From: Vicugna vicugna
Taxonomy: Eukaryota
Direction: 5' to 3'
DNA: 64,000 nucleotides
NCBI GenBank assembly: GCA_013265495.1
Contig: MU058226.1
Coordinates: 22,741 to 86,740 of the forward strand
Shown one piece after another: positions 26,571 through 37,102 of the stretch (position 1 is the stretch's first letter; every line of letters begins with the position of its first letter). The notes beneath the pieces were generated by a model, which was not told the DNA's origin, did no database searches, and saw nothing but the letters and a program-made list of their open reading frames with translations. Both the position numbers and the translations under genes were made by a program.

Positions 26571-28113
26571 TCTCGCCCCTCAGGGCCACAGGGGTGGGGG
26601 CTCACAAGGCAACTATTGAAGAGGACGCAGGCATCCAGAGGACAAAACCCAGACACAGGAGAAGCACAAGACAGAGAAAGGCAAACGGGGTCATCCCATC
26701 CCCGGCTGGACTCTCTCAGTGCTGGGGGTGCTGACTACATGGCAGGGAAGATGAGGTCCCCTAAGGGGGGAGTGGAGTCTGTTTCCCCTTTTTCCATTCT
26801 TTTCTCTCTCCCACAGAAACACACACATAGAATCCTATTTTTCAGATCTTTCTCTCCTCTCTCTCATACACACATACAACTATTGTCTGTCTCTCTCTCT
26901 CTGGGCTCCCCCACTCTCCCTCCCCCACCCCACTTATCTGCTCTGGGATCTGTGGAGACGCCAGCCCTGCCCGACCAGAGATGCCAAAAATGGGGACTCG
27001 ACTTCTGGACAGAGGACATGGGCCACGCCCCCCGTGCCTCCCCGCCCCCGGCCCCTCCAGACGGCTTTATTACCTCATACGCAGCTCATCTTAAACCAAT
27101 AGAATCGCTCGGTGGACGAGAGTGTCTGACTCAGATATCTACCTCGGAGGGAGTTTCTGCTACTTTAGGGAACTGTTGACTGGGCTTTGGGGTTGAACTT
27201 TTTTTTTTAAAAGGAAAGAAAAAATAACCCTGGGATCCATCTGTATTTTTTTTATTTGGGGGGGGGGTGTTGTTCGTGGTGATGGTTCTTAATTTTTAAT
27301 TTAGTTTGGGGAAGTAGATGTTTTTATAAATTTTTTTTTATTGCTTTCCCATATTAGGGGTGATAGCCAAAGGGGTCACGATAAGAGAAAGGGGAACAAA
27401 TAGAACTGGTGAAGAGGCCTGCCTGGCTCCAGTCCTGTCTGTCAAGAAGTGCATTTAGCAGGGCACCAAGCCTGCCTCCCTAAAGTAACTTAGGAATGTT
27501 CTCCTTTGCTTGTGAAGTCACTTAGGTATTCTTTGCTTGTGCAGGCAGTTTTCTGTTGCACCTGGTGTGGAGGCAGTCAAGGTCAGTCAGGGGTTTGCTC
27601 TGCCAGCCTGTCCTCTCTTCCCACAATCTAGGCAGGGCTGGACTCAGTCATTTTGAGCAAATGCCACCTTCCCCTGTGAGTGACACGTCTTTAAATTTTT
27701 TTTAACTATTTGCAGATTGGAGGGGGAAGAATGGGGAGGGGGTTATTGCCAAATATGTTAAATATGGGGTTCGGTGTTTGTGTATTTCCCCAGAAATAAG
27801 GTATCTTTTTTTTTCCTCTCAATCCAAAATCAAGAAGGTGGGGAGAGAGGAGGGAGGCCGCAAGAAGCCAGGTGTGGGGAAAGTAAAATCACTGTCCCAT
27901 TCTTGGCCCTGAACCCTACCATCTGAACCCCTCAAACATCCTCAGGATTTTACAAGAGTGGGGAACCCCTCTCGTCAGAGATCTGGGCAGGATTAGGGGG
28001 CAGGTTGGGAGTGTGATGGGTTGGGGTGGGAGGCATGGGCCGGGGGCAGTTCTCTCCTCACTTGTAAACTTGTAGTTTCACAGAAAAACAAAAAAACAAA
28101 AAACGCAGTTTTA

Positions 28114-28119
28114 AATAAA
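28114..28119 (+). terminator. PBX2 polyadenylation signal
   Basis: AATAAA followed by a T-rich element, ending a ~1.55-kb 3' UTR. Confidence 0.75.
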
Positions 28120-28659
28120 GAAATTGCTTTTTTCCCTGGGTTTAGTTGAGAATTCTTTTCAAAAACATGAGAAACCCCAGAAAAAAGTATTTTTTCTCAT
28201 AAAGCCCCCCAAACAAGTGTTCCCCCTGAGTCCCCCAGCCTTGCCCTCATCACACAGGCCCCAGGTTTCACCCCAGCCTCGGTTCCACAGGAAACAGCCA
28301 GTCCTGAACCCTGTTGCCTAGCAACCTTGCCTAGTCAAGATAGGGGTCCAGTCCTCCAAGAGCCAGCCCTCAGTGGGCTGATGGAATACGATGGGCCCTG
28401 GGGGATTACCCAGAGAGATGCACTCCCCACCCCCGTGGATGTGGTTGTGCCCAGAGGCTGGCAGTGCCCAGGGGTGGGGTGACAATTGTTTCTCCTAGTA
28501 CCTGAAGGACTCTTGTCCAAGAAGCACAAATTCCTAGCATTCCCTGTGACGGGACAGGACTGGAGAGATGGGGGCTGGGGAGAGGGTACAAGCCCCACCT
28601 AGGGTGGTGGCCACAGCAGCGAGGGGCAGACAGAGCCAGGAACCTGGGACAGAAGCAGG

Positions 28660-31564
28660 ATGGTAGCAGCTGGAGCCTGGGTGCTGGTCCTCGGTCTGTG
28701 GGGTGAGCCACTCCCCACACACTGATCCTCCAGGCAGAAAGCACTCTGCCCCTCTCCCCAGACCTCCCCACAACTTTCTGGGAACCTGGGTACTGCTTTC
28801 CAGTCTCCCTCATCCACCCTGTTCTAGTCTTACTAGCTCCCATCTCCCTTCCTGCCCCTCTATCGTGGTGCTGTCTCCCAGGGGCAGTAGTAGGGGATCG
28901 AAACATCACAGCCCGGATTGGGAAGCCACTGGTGCTGAACTGTAAGGGGGCCCCCAAGAAACCACCCCAGCAGCTGGAATGGAAACTGGTAAGTGGGGCT
29001 CCTGTCGCAGTCTCCCCATTTCCAGGGAGATGGGTGACGATTCACATCCCCTCCTCCCCACCTGTCTGCCTTGTGAGTCCTTTCCTGAAGGGCTTGTTCT
29101 GCTCCCCAGAACACAGGCCGGACAGAAGCTTGGAAGGTCTTATCTCCCCAGGGAGGGCCCTGGGATAGTGTGGCCCGTGTCCTCTCCAACGGCTCCCTCC
29201 TCCTGCCAGCTGTTGGGATCCAGGATGAGGGGACCTTCCGGTGCCGGGCAACGAGCCGGCATGGAAAGGAGACCAAGTCCAACTACCGAGTCCGAGTCTA
29301 CCGTAAGGTTCCAGGGCCTTCCTCAAGGCCCACCTCTCATCTAAGGAAAAGCCTTCTACCCCAGCCCTTGACTCCTTGGCCCTGGCACGTGAGACCCTGA
29401 TTCAGCTGCACCCCCTATTCCCGCACCCGGGGTGTGTGACTCTTCAAAGCTGCAAACAACCTCTGATTGGAATTTTCCCTCCTTCAGAGATTCCTGGGAA
29501 GCCAGAAATTGTTGATCCTGCCTCCGAACTCATGGCTGGTGTTCCCAGTAAGGTAGTGGAAGAAAAGGGGAGGCATAGGAAGGGGTGCTGAGGATAGGAG
29601 GGGGTGTAGCTGTGTGTATGTGTATGGAATCTTTTATTTTCCTTTTTATTTTCTCTTGGGGGTGGGGGAGGTAATTCAGTTTATTTGTTATTTCCGCTTT
29701 AATGGAGGCACTGGGGATTGAACCCAGGACCCCGTGTGAGCTAAGTGCACACTTTACCACTTAGCTATACCTTTCCCCTGTGATTCTCTTATTTTCAAAG
29801 ATGATGAGGTGTTTTTCCCCAGGTGGGGACATGTGTGTCCGAGGGGGGCTACCCTGCAGGGACTCTTAGCTGGCACTTGGATGGGAAAACCCTGACACCT
29901 GATGGCAAAGGTGAGTCCCAAGGTCCCCCCTCCTGGCTGCCTTCTTTTTGACCCCTCCCCCAGCCCCCCTGGAATGTCTTGCCTTGTTCTCCACCCACTG
30001 TAGGAGTGTCTGTGAAGGAAGAGACCAGGAGACACCCTGAGACGGGGCTTTTCACACTCCATTCAGAGCTGATGGTGACCCCAGCCCAGGGAGGAGCTCC
30101 CCGCCCCTCCTTCTCCTGCAGCTTCAGCCCTGGCCTTCCCCGGCGCCGAGCCCTGCACACGGCCCCCATCCAGCTCAGCGTCTTGGGTGAGAGCAGAGGT
30201 GGGGAGGGCCCCAAGCCTGGGTGAGCACATGTCAGAAGTATGACCCTCAGGGAAGGGAGGGTTTAGCCAATGGATGGTAGGATGGTCGCTGCGACCACAC
30301 ACAGGTGACTCTCAACCCCCAGAGCCTGTACCACTGGAGGAGGTCCAGCTGGTGGTAGAGCCAGAAGGTGGAGCAGTAGCTCCCGGTGGTACCGTGACCC
30401 TGACCTGTGAAGCCCCTGCCCAGCCCCCGCCTCAAATCCACTGGATCAAGGATGTGAGTGACCTGGAGAGGGGACTGGGAGGTAGAGGGATACATTAATT
30501 GGCAAGGAGGAGGGCAGAGGGCTCATGGAGAGAGAGGCAGGTGGGGAGCTGGGGAAGATGAGGGTGTCTGAGGATGTGGAGGCAGCGGCAGGAGTATGGG
30601 GTGTATGGACAGGGGTTTTGATTGTTCCCTGTCCCCCTTTCCCCGCCAGGGTATGCCCCTGCCCCTCCCCCCCAGCCCTGTGCTGCTCCTCCCTGAGGTC
30701 GGGCCTGAGGACCAGGGAACCTACAGCTGCGTGGCCACCCATCCCAGCCACGGGCCCCAGGAGAGCCGTGCTGTCAGCATCAGCATTACTGGTGAGAAGA
30801 CCTCTCTCCAAATCCCAGGGATCCTGAGGGACAGTGCAGGCTCCAGTTCCCTTCTCCATTCTGGTACGGTCCCCAGGGGCCACCCCACACTTCCCTCAGT
30901 GCAGCCACACCCAGGCCTCCTCTGCCTGACCCAGACTGTAACCAGAAAACGGCCCAGCCTGTCCCCTCTCCTCTGAACTGACCTAAGAAAGGAAAAGACC
31001 CCACTGGGGCTCCCACTGAATAGCCCACTCTCAAACTGAAGACTTTCTTTCTGACTTTGTTTTCTAGAAACAGGCGAAGAGGGACCAACTGCAGGTGAGG
31101 TGCTGGATAAGGTCAGAGAGAAGCAGACAGACTTCAGTGTCACTGAGGGGATGGTCGAGGAGAAAGGAGTTGTGAGTAGGGGGCTGTGCCCTCAATTCTC
31201 CCCATCTTGCTACAGGCTCTGTGGCAGAGCCAGGGCTGGGAACTCTAGCCCTGGCCCTGGGGATCCTGGGAGGCCTGGGGACAGCTGCCCTGCTCATTGG
31301 GGTCATTGTGTGGCACAGGCGGCAACGCAGAGGAGAGGAGAGGTGAGTGGGAAAAGCCAGACGCCTCAGACGGAGGGCTTCCAGGCAGCAAGGAGGGATG
31401 TGGGGGGAGGAATGATGGAGCGCCAGAAACCATGTGCAGGACTCTACCCAATCCTCCTCCCCAGGAAGGCCCCAGAAAACCAGGAGGAGGAAGAGGAGGA
31501 GCGTGCAGAACTGAATCAGCAGGAGGAGCCCGAGGCAGCGGAGAGCAGTGCCGGAGGGCCTTGA
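28660..31564 (+). CDS. AGER: Advanced glycosylation end-product specific receptor (RAGE), 401 aa
   Basis: Exons 28660-28702, 28882-28988, 29110-29302, 29488-29552, 29823-29910, 30004-30186, 30323-30453, 30650-30791, 31068-31094, 31216-31342, 31465-31564 = 1206 nt; signal peptide, V-C1-C2 Ig domains (NITARIGKPLVLNCKGAPKKPPQQLEWKL), TM (LALALGILGGLGTAALLIGVIVW) and acidic tail. Confidence 0.97.
29631..29778 (-). mobile_element. tRNA-derived SINE (camelid-type) in AGER intron 4
   Basis: Minus strand reads GGGGAAAGGTATAGCTAAGTGGTAAAG...GTCCTGGGTTCAATCCCCAGTGCCTCC...AATAAACTGAATTACCTCCCCC plus an A-rich tail; Pol III A and B boxes; similar to 50907-51060. Confidence 0.85.
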
Positions 31565-31710
31565 GGGGCCCGAAGCCTGACCCCAACCATCAGCTCCCTT
31601 TTCTTTCTCCCACCCTGTGTTCTGGCCCCAGACCAGTTCCCCGCTGTATAATCTCTACCCCACCTCCCCAGACTTTCTTCCACAACCAGAGCCTCCCACA
31701 AACTGCAATG

Positions 31711-31716
31711 AGTAAA
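31711..31716 (+). terminator. Variant AGER polyadenylation signal (AGTAAA)
   Basis: AGTAAA 147 nt after the stop, followed by a GT-rich tract; matches my recollection of the human AGER 3' end. Confidence 0.55.
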
Positions 31717-31741
31717 CACCTGACACGTCTTGCCCCATTCA

Positions 31742-31744
<3 letters not shown>

Positions 31745-31775
<31 letters not shown>
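31745..31775. repeat. (GT)15 microsatellite between the AGER and RNF5 3' ends
   Basis: Perfect dinucleotide run. Confidence 0.95.
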
Positions 31776-31777
<2 letters not shown>

Positions 31778-31948
31778 AGACACCCTCACCCCCTGCACCC
31801 TTGAGAGCCCTGAAGGAGAGGGGCTCAAGCGCATGCTTCCCCACACCACACCAACATCTACGCAAATTGGGGAGAAGATGTTCCTGTCATGGAAGGAAGG
31901 AGGGACGGGCCAAGGTGGGCAGAGTTCCCATGACTAGATCTCACCTTG

Positions 31949-31954
31949 TTTATT
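31949..31954 (-). terminator. RNF5 polyadenylation signal
   Basis: TTTATT on + (AATAAA on -), ~455 nt past the RNF5 stop. Confidence 0.7.
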
Positions 31955-32407
31955 GAATTTGTAATAAAGGAGGTAGTGAGGGGAAGGAAGCACTTAAGAG
32001 TCAGAACACACATTAGACACTGGGGAGAGAAAAATTAAATTAAATCAACAAGGAGGCTGTGGGGAAGAGTAAGAGGGAGCCTTGCCCACCTGTCAACATC
32101 AAATCAAGAAACGCTGGGGAGAGTGGAGGATCGGGAGAGGAGAGACAGATAGTCTCTTCCGTCCGTCCTCCTCTCTCAGAGCTGGGAGTTCTGATGCTAC
32201 TGACGGAGCAGTTCAGAGCAAAGGTTTTCCCATCCTATGCACAGATGTCACTCCTCCTCCCCGCACCCTCCCAGAAAGTGGCCGGGGTTGGCCTTAGCCA
32301 AGAGAAAGGGAGTAGTTGAGGGGAGGGTCCATGGTTAAGGAAGGGTCAGCAGGGACCCCCAATACTGATTCTCCTCTGGCTGGAGGTGGGCAGGAAGGAG
32401 ACACAGC

Positions 32408-33414
32408 TCAAATACTGAGCAGCCAGAAAAAGAAGAAGATGGCGAGAAACAGGAAGAGGGAGTCCTGCCAGCTGGAGGCCGGGTGACCCTGTCTCAGATC
32501 CACACCTGTGGGAGAGAGGAAAGCTGTGGAAAGAGCATCCACTCGTAGGCCCGGACGGGGGCTGGGGGGATTCAGAGGGCTTGCTGGTAATAGCTGAGGG
32601 AAGTCTCTTACCTGTACCCCGACGGAATGGCTCATGGGTGTTGAAGATGGTGGTGAAAAAGCCAAAGGGAAAAGCACCAACACCAAATGAGAAGTGAAAG
32701 CCCCCAGTGTCACCAAACGGCTGGAATCCCTAGAGAGGTGGAGAAAGTCAGTAGGGAGATGGGCAAGTCTTTGGCCAGGAAGGAACACAATCAGACAAGA
32801 CTCACCCCTCTGCTCTCCGGAGCTGGTCGCTGGCCCTGGGGGCGAGGTGGGGTTTTCAATCTGAGGAAGAGGAGAGGGACTATCAACAGGAAATATTCCC
32901 TCCTCTTCCACACCCACTCCCAGGACAGAAGCTTCCACCTTCCCTCGGCACCACCTCCCCTCTCTCACCTGGGATCCTGGGGCTTCTGGCTCCCTCGCCC
33001 ATAAAGGGGGACAACCTTTTCTCTGCTGATCCCAGCTTTACACACTGGGCACTCTTGCCGCTCTGGCCGTGTCTCCAGCCACTGGGGGAAAAAAATGTAG
33101 TGGTTTCCAGTACACAGAAGGGTCTTCCAGCTCCTCAGACCTCCCCAATTCCCTCTTCATCTCCTCTGAGTACGCACCTGATGAAGACAGGGCCAACTGG
33201 AAGGGGGAAAAAGAAAGGTCAAACCAGCTACACAAAAGAGAGACACAGACCCAACCTCAGACCCATCTCGCCCCCTCTTCCCAGGTATTACCTGCTGTTT
33301 CTTTTCATATTTTCCACAACCTCTACCAGGCCAGCCAACTCAGCCTTCCTGCTTCTCTGACTTCCCCACAGAGGAACATCCATCCTCAACATGCTCAAAC
33401 GTTTCCTCTCCCCC

Positions 33415-33453
<39 letters not shown>

Positions 33454-34295
33454 CCTCACACATACAAATTCTCCCCCTCCCTTCTGTGTCTTTGGACTTA
33501 ATTTCCACTCTTCAGCACACTTTTCCAGATCTACTCTTTCAGCCCCAGTCCCCATCCTTGCCCTCATCACTCCCAAACCAAACCCCTTTTTACTAGCACT
33601 TACCCCACTACTCCTTTTCCTCTCTCCTATGCCCAATAAAATCCCTATTTCCACAATTCCTTAACCCCTGGGGGCTGCCCCTCCACAGTGCCCTTGTCCC
33701 CAGTTTGCCATACCACCTCTTCCCATCTCTCACCTGAATGTAACCTCACATTCCCTAGATTCTCTAGATCTCCCCCAACTCAGTTGATGCGTGCCTCTCC
33801 TGACCTTTGAGTCTAGTCCGTATCCACCTGTACAGCTAAGATCCTTCCCAAGGGTAAGGTGGCTAAGGTCTCACCTGCACAGATGTCCGGTGCCCATCCC
33901 CGGCGCGGCGCCACACTTCTTAACACACCATACGCCTCAGCTCCTAATTCCTATCACTCCCCTCTCCCAGGTCTTCTCTGTACAGACGTGACCCTCTCGC
34001 CCACACATGCCCAAAAAGACATAAGACCCCCTCCTCAGGCCTCACCTATGAGACTGTGCCCTCCGAGTATCTGTATGACTGTATGGTCCCCGCGCCCCCA
34101 GCCTCCCGGGTATGGAGGTGAACCCCTCCTTTTCGCCCCCGTCCCAGATTCTCACCAGTACAGGTGGCCACACACACTGACCACAGCTTCCCGAGCAGTC
34201 TCCAGGCATATATTACATTCGAAGGTCGCGCCCGCCCCGCCCCGCTCGCGGTTTGGCCCTTCGGGGCCCCCGTCCTCCTCCTCCGCCGCTGCCAT
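32408..34295 (-). CDS. RNF5: E3 ubiquitin ligase RNF5 (C3HC4 RING, ER membrane anchored), 180 aa
   Basis: Exons 34295-34156, 33196-33178 (19-nt micro-exon), 33081-32969, 32860-32806, 32729-32612, 32505-32408 = 543 nt; [34 protein letters not shown]...CPVCK; C-terminal [18 protein letters not shown]. Confidence 0.97.
32861..32913 (-). ncRNA. Candidate 5'-tailed mirtron hairpin at the 3' end of RNF5 intron 3 (miR-6833-like position)
   Basis: Perfect 10-bp stem GGAAGAGGAG/CTCCTCTTCC ending 4 nt before the splice junction; human MIR6833 lies in this intron as I recall. Confidence 0.35.
33418..33449. repeat. (AC)16 microsatellite in RNF5 intron 1
   Basis: Perfect dinucleotide run. Confidence 0.95.
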
Positions 34296-34299
34296 GGCC

Positions 34300-35500
34300 A
34301 GCTCTGCTTCGCCCCCTCGTACCCCTTAATCCCCCGAAACAAACATACAAACGCCCCAGCAAACGAGAAACCGCCTCCTGCCCACGATCTTTGGGCAGGC
34401 TTCAAGGTTTTCTAATCACTATTGGCCTGAGTGCCTGCCAATCACACAGGGCCTAAAGAAAGGATTGGTCCAAAGGGTGGGGGTGGAAAGAGGTTTGCGC
34501 GGTCCGGCCCTTGCACACTGACTATTGGCTGGTACAGTCTAAGTCAGTATGCAGTGCCAAGGGATTGGTAACAACTCCATACGTCCTGTCGCACTGCCAG
34601 GGAAGGCTTTATTCGTCCGAGTAGCTGCCCGTCATAACCAAAGGCCAGAGGCAATTGGCTCAAGACCACATAGACCTCGCCCACCAAAACCCCTTTTTTT
34701 CCTCTACTTCCTCTTTCAGAGAACGCACGCATTCCTATTGGACTTTGGAGCGTATGACTCCAAAGCAATTGGTTGGCTAGAACTCGACGGAAAATGGTGG
34801 CTAGGTAAAATGCGCGTGCGCAGCAGGAGGCGGGAAGGGGTGGGCCAATCCTGTAAGGGTTGAGCCTCCTCGGGTCCCACCCCTTCACATCTCTCTTGTC
34901 GCCATGGTGACTGCTCTACAATTGGCGGGGTTTGGGTTCAAAGGCCTCGGCTCGGCCTCATCCGGGTCCTCCGGCTGTGGGCTCTCTCGGCTGATTGGGC
35001 CGTTTCTTTCGCCCTTGATTGGCCGAGATCGGAAAAGACGGCGAAGAGCTCGGAAAAGAGGACAAATACTGGGGTCGCAGGGTTCAAAATGGCTCCGTCC
35101 TCCTTCGGTGACGTAGAGAACAGAGCTTGGGTCTGCCCTTCCCTCTTAGTGAAGAAGGGAGCAGAACTGGGATTAGCCCGACGTTTGGATGGTGCCAACC
35201 TCGATTTGCGGCGCTGGTATTAACCCATCTCCCTCATCTGGACGACTCAGTCCGCCCCTCTCTAGGTGATTTACAGAGTAGAACTAAACTAAATGCCCAC
35301 CCCCTTTCTAATGTGACACAGTAGAACAGAGTTGACCTCGACTCCGTTTTAAATCTTAAGAGCAGAAAATGTCTAGCTCCGCCCCCTTGTGAGGGTGCAG
35401 AAGAGGCAAGGCCCGCCCCCTTTTAGGCGACCCGCGGCGGAATGGGGTTAGGCCCGCCCCTTCCTTCTCGTACTGTGTCCGGGGGTCTTCCTCCCGGGCT
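34300..35500. promoter_or_regulatory. CpG-island divergent promoter of RNF5 (-) and probably AGPAT1 (+)
   Basis: CpG-rich; 12 CCAAT/ATTGG boxes in 34421-35022; YY1-like AAAATGGC near 35086; GC boxes CCGCCCC near 35379, 35413 and 35453. Confidence 0.8.
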
Positions 35501-36799
35501 GGACCCCTGGGAGTTGGGCCAGCTGCTAGAGTCTGGGCCTTTCCTACGAGTTTGGGCCTTTTCTACAGTCTGTGGCCCAAGGAGCAGGACTAGGTAACAG
35601 CCCTCTCATTATTAGTATTCTTTACATCCTGTTGCTCAAGGCGTGTAAACTCTCAGGGCAAAGGTGTCTGGGGACGTGGAGGCCAGACACAAGCTGAGGC
35701 CTATTCAACATCCTTATAAAAGGTCCAAGTGACTCAAGTGAGGAAAGGTAAAAAGTTGGGAGTTGTCTAAGGCAGGGGAGGTAAAGGTTCAGGAGGCGTG
35801 TAGAGGTCTAGGGACAGTTATTGAGAGGGAGAGGTGGAGACCAAGAAGGGAGAAGTGATGGAGTAATCTTGGTAAGGGGATGATGGGAGTATGGGGAAGA
35901 GGGCTGGGGAGAGAGCTAGGTACATGATGACAAAATTAAAGAGGCATGCTCATCCCAGAAGAATCAGCATTCTTCCCCCACTTAATTTTTCAAGAAAGCA
36001 ACCCTAATGCCCAATTTCCATTGGAAGGAAAGAGTACTTTTCTGCGTTGCGGAGGGGGCGGTGATGGGCTCTGTTTTGCCAATCGCAGAACAGCTCAGTT
36101 GTCTCAGCTTCGGTGAGTAAGGAGACTGATACGAAGGAAAGGAACTACAAAAGAAAAAGTACTAAGTTAAGGAATGGGGGGAGGACAGGAGCAGGGAGAG
36201 GGCCTGAGAGTATCCCTTCTCTCCAAAGACCAGGAAGGGAGTGGGTGGAGAAGGGAGCTGGACTGCTGGGAGATAGTGGGGGGACAAAGGGCAGAGAGAC
36301 CAGGCAAGAGGGCCGGAGGGCAAGTTGCGGTGAGATGGAGCCCTGGAGAGAAAGAGGAGAGAGGTGAAGAACTCAGTGCTTGGCATATAGTAGGTGCTTG
36401 ATAAATATTTGGACTTGAACAGGGAACAGGAGGAAGGAGTTGGAGAAGGGTTGGAATTGGAGGGAATAAGTAGCAGATGTGGGCGTTAAGGAGAAAGGAA
36501 GAAATCAATTGACAATAAGAGGAGAGCTGATGGAGAAATGAGAAGGACCGGGTCACGGAAGGAATACAGCACCACGGGGCACCCAAGGCATGTGTGCTGA
36601 AGGGAAACTGTGGAAAAAAAGATACAGCTGGAGGCAGAGAAGGCCAGAGCGAGGGAGGCAGAGTCCGGGCGAGCTCCCGTGGGGAGGAGCTAGCAAGAGA
36701 CTACTGAACGATGTGGGGAAGAGATGCCTGGGTCCCCGGGAGGCGATTGGCAAAACAGAGCGCCCATCACCGCCCCCTACTTCCTGGCCAGCCCCGGAA

Positions 36800-37102
36800 A
36801 CTAGCGGGCGTGGGGAGGGGTGGCGGGGGATAGCGGCAGCAGCAGCCCCAGCCCTCAGAGAGACAGCAGGAAGGGAGGGAGGGAGGGAGCTAGGGGGACA
36901 ACCCCCCACCATTCCTATCGCTATGGGCCCAGCCTCCCACTCTCACCTCCCCTCCATCGGCCGGGGCTAGGACACCCCCAAATCCTGTCGCCCCCTTGGC
37001 ACCGACACCCCGACTGAGGCAGAGACACAGCCACCCGCCACCACCGCTGCCGCAGCCCGGCTGGGGAGGGGGCCAGCCCCCCAGGCCCCCCACCCCACTG
37101 AG
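36800..37102 (+). other. AGPAT1: AGPAT1 non-coding first exon (5' boundary approximate)
   Basis: GC-rich segment ending ACTGAG|GTGGGG (donor at 37103); resembles the recalled human AGPAT1 5' UTR; would splice to the exon starting at 40935. Confidence 0.6.

Noticed and set aside
32408..32968. 186-aa ORF running through RNF5 introns into the last exon
   Set aside because: Starts at a splice-donor GTG and is out of frame with the upstream exon.
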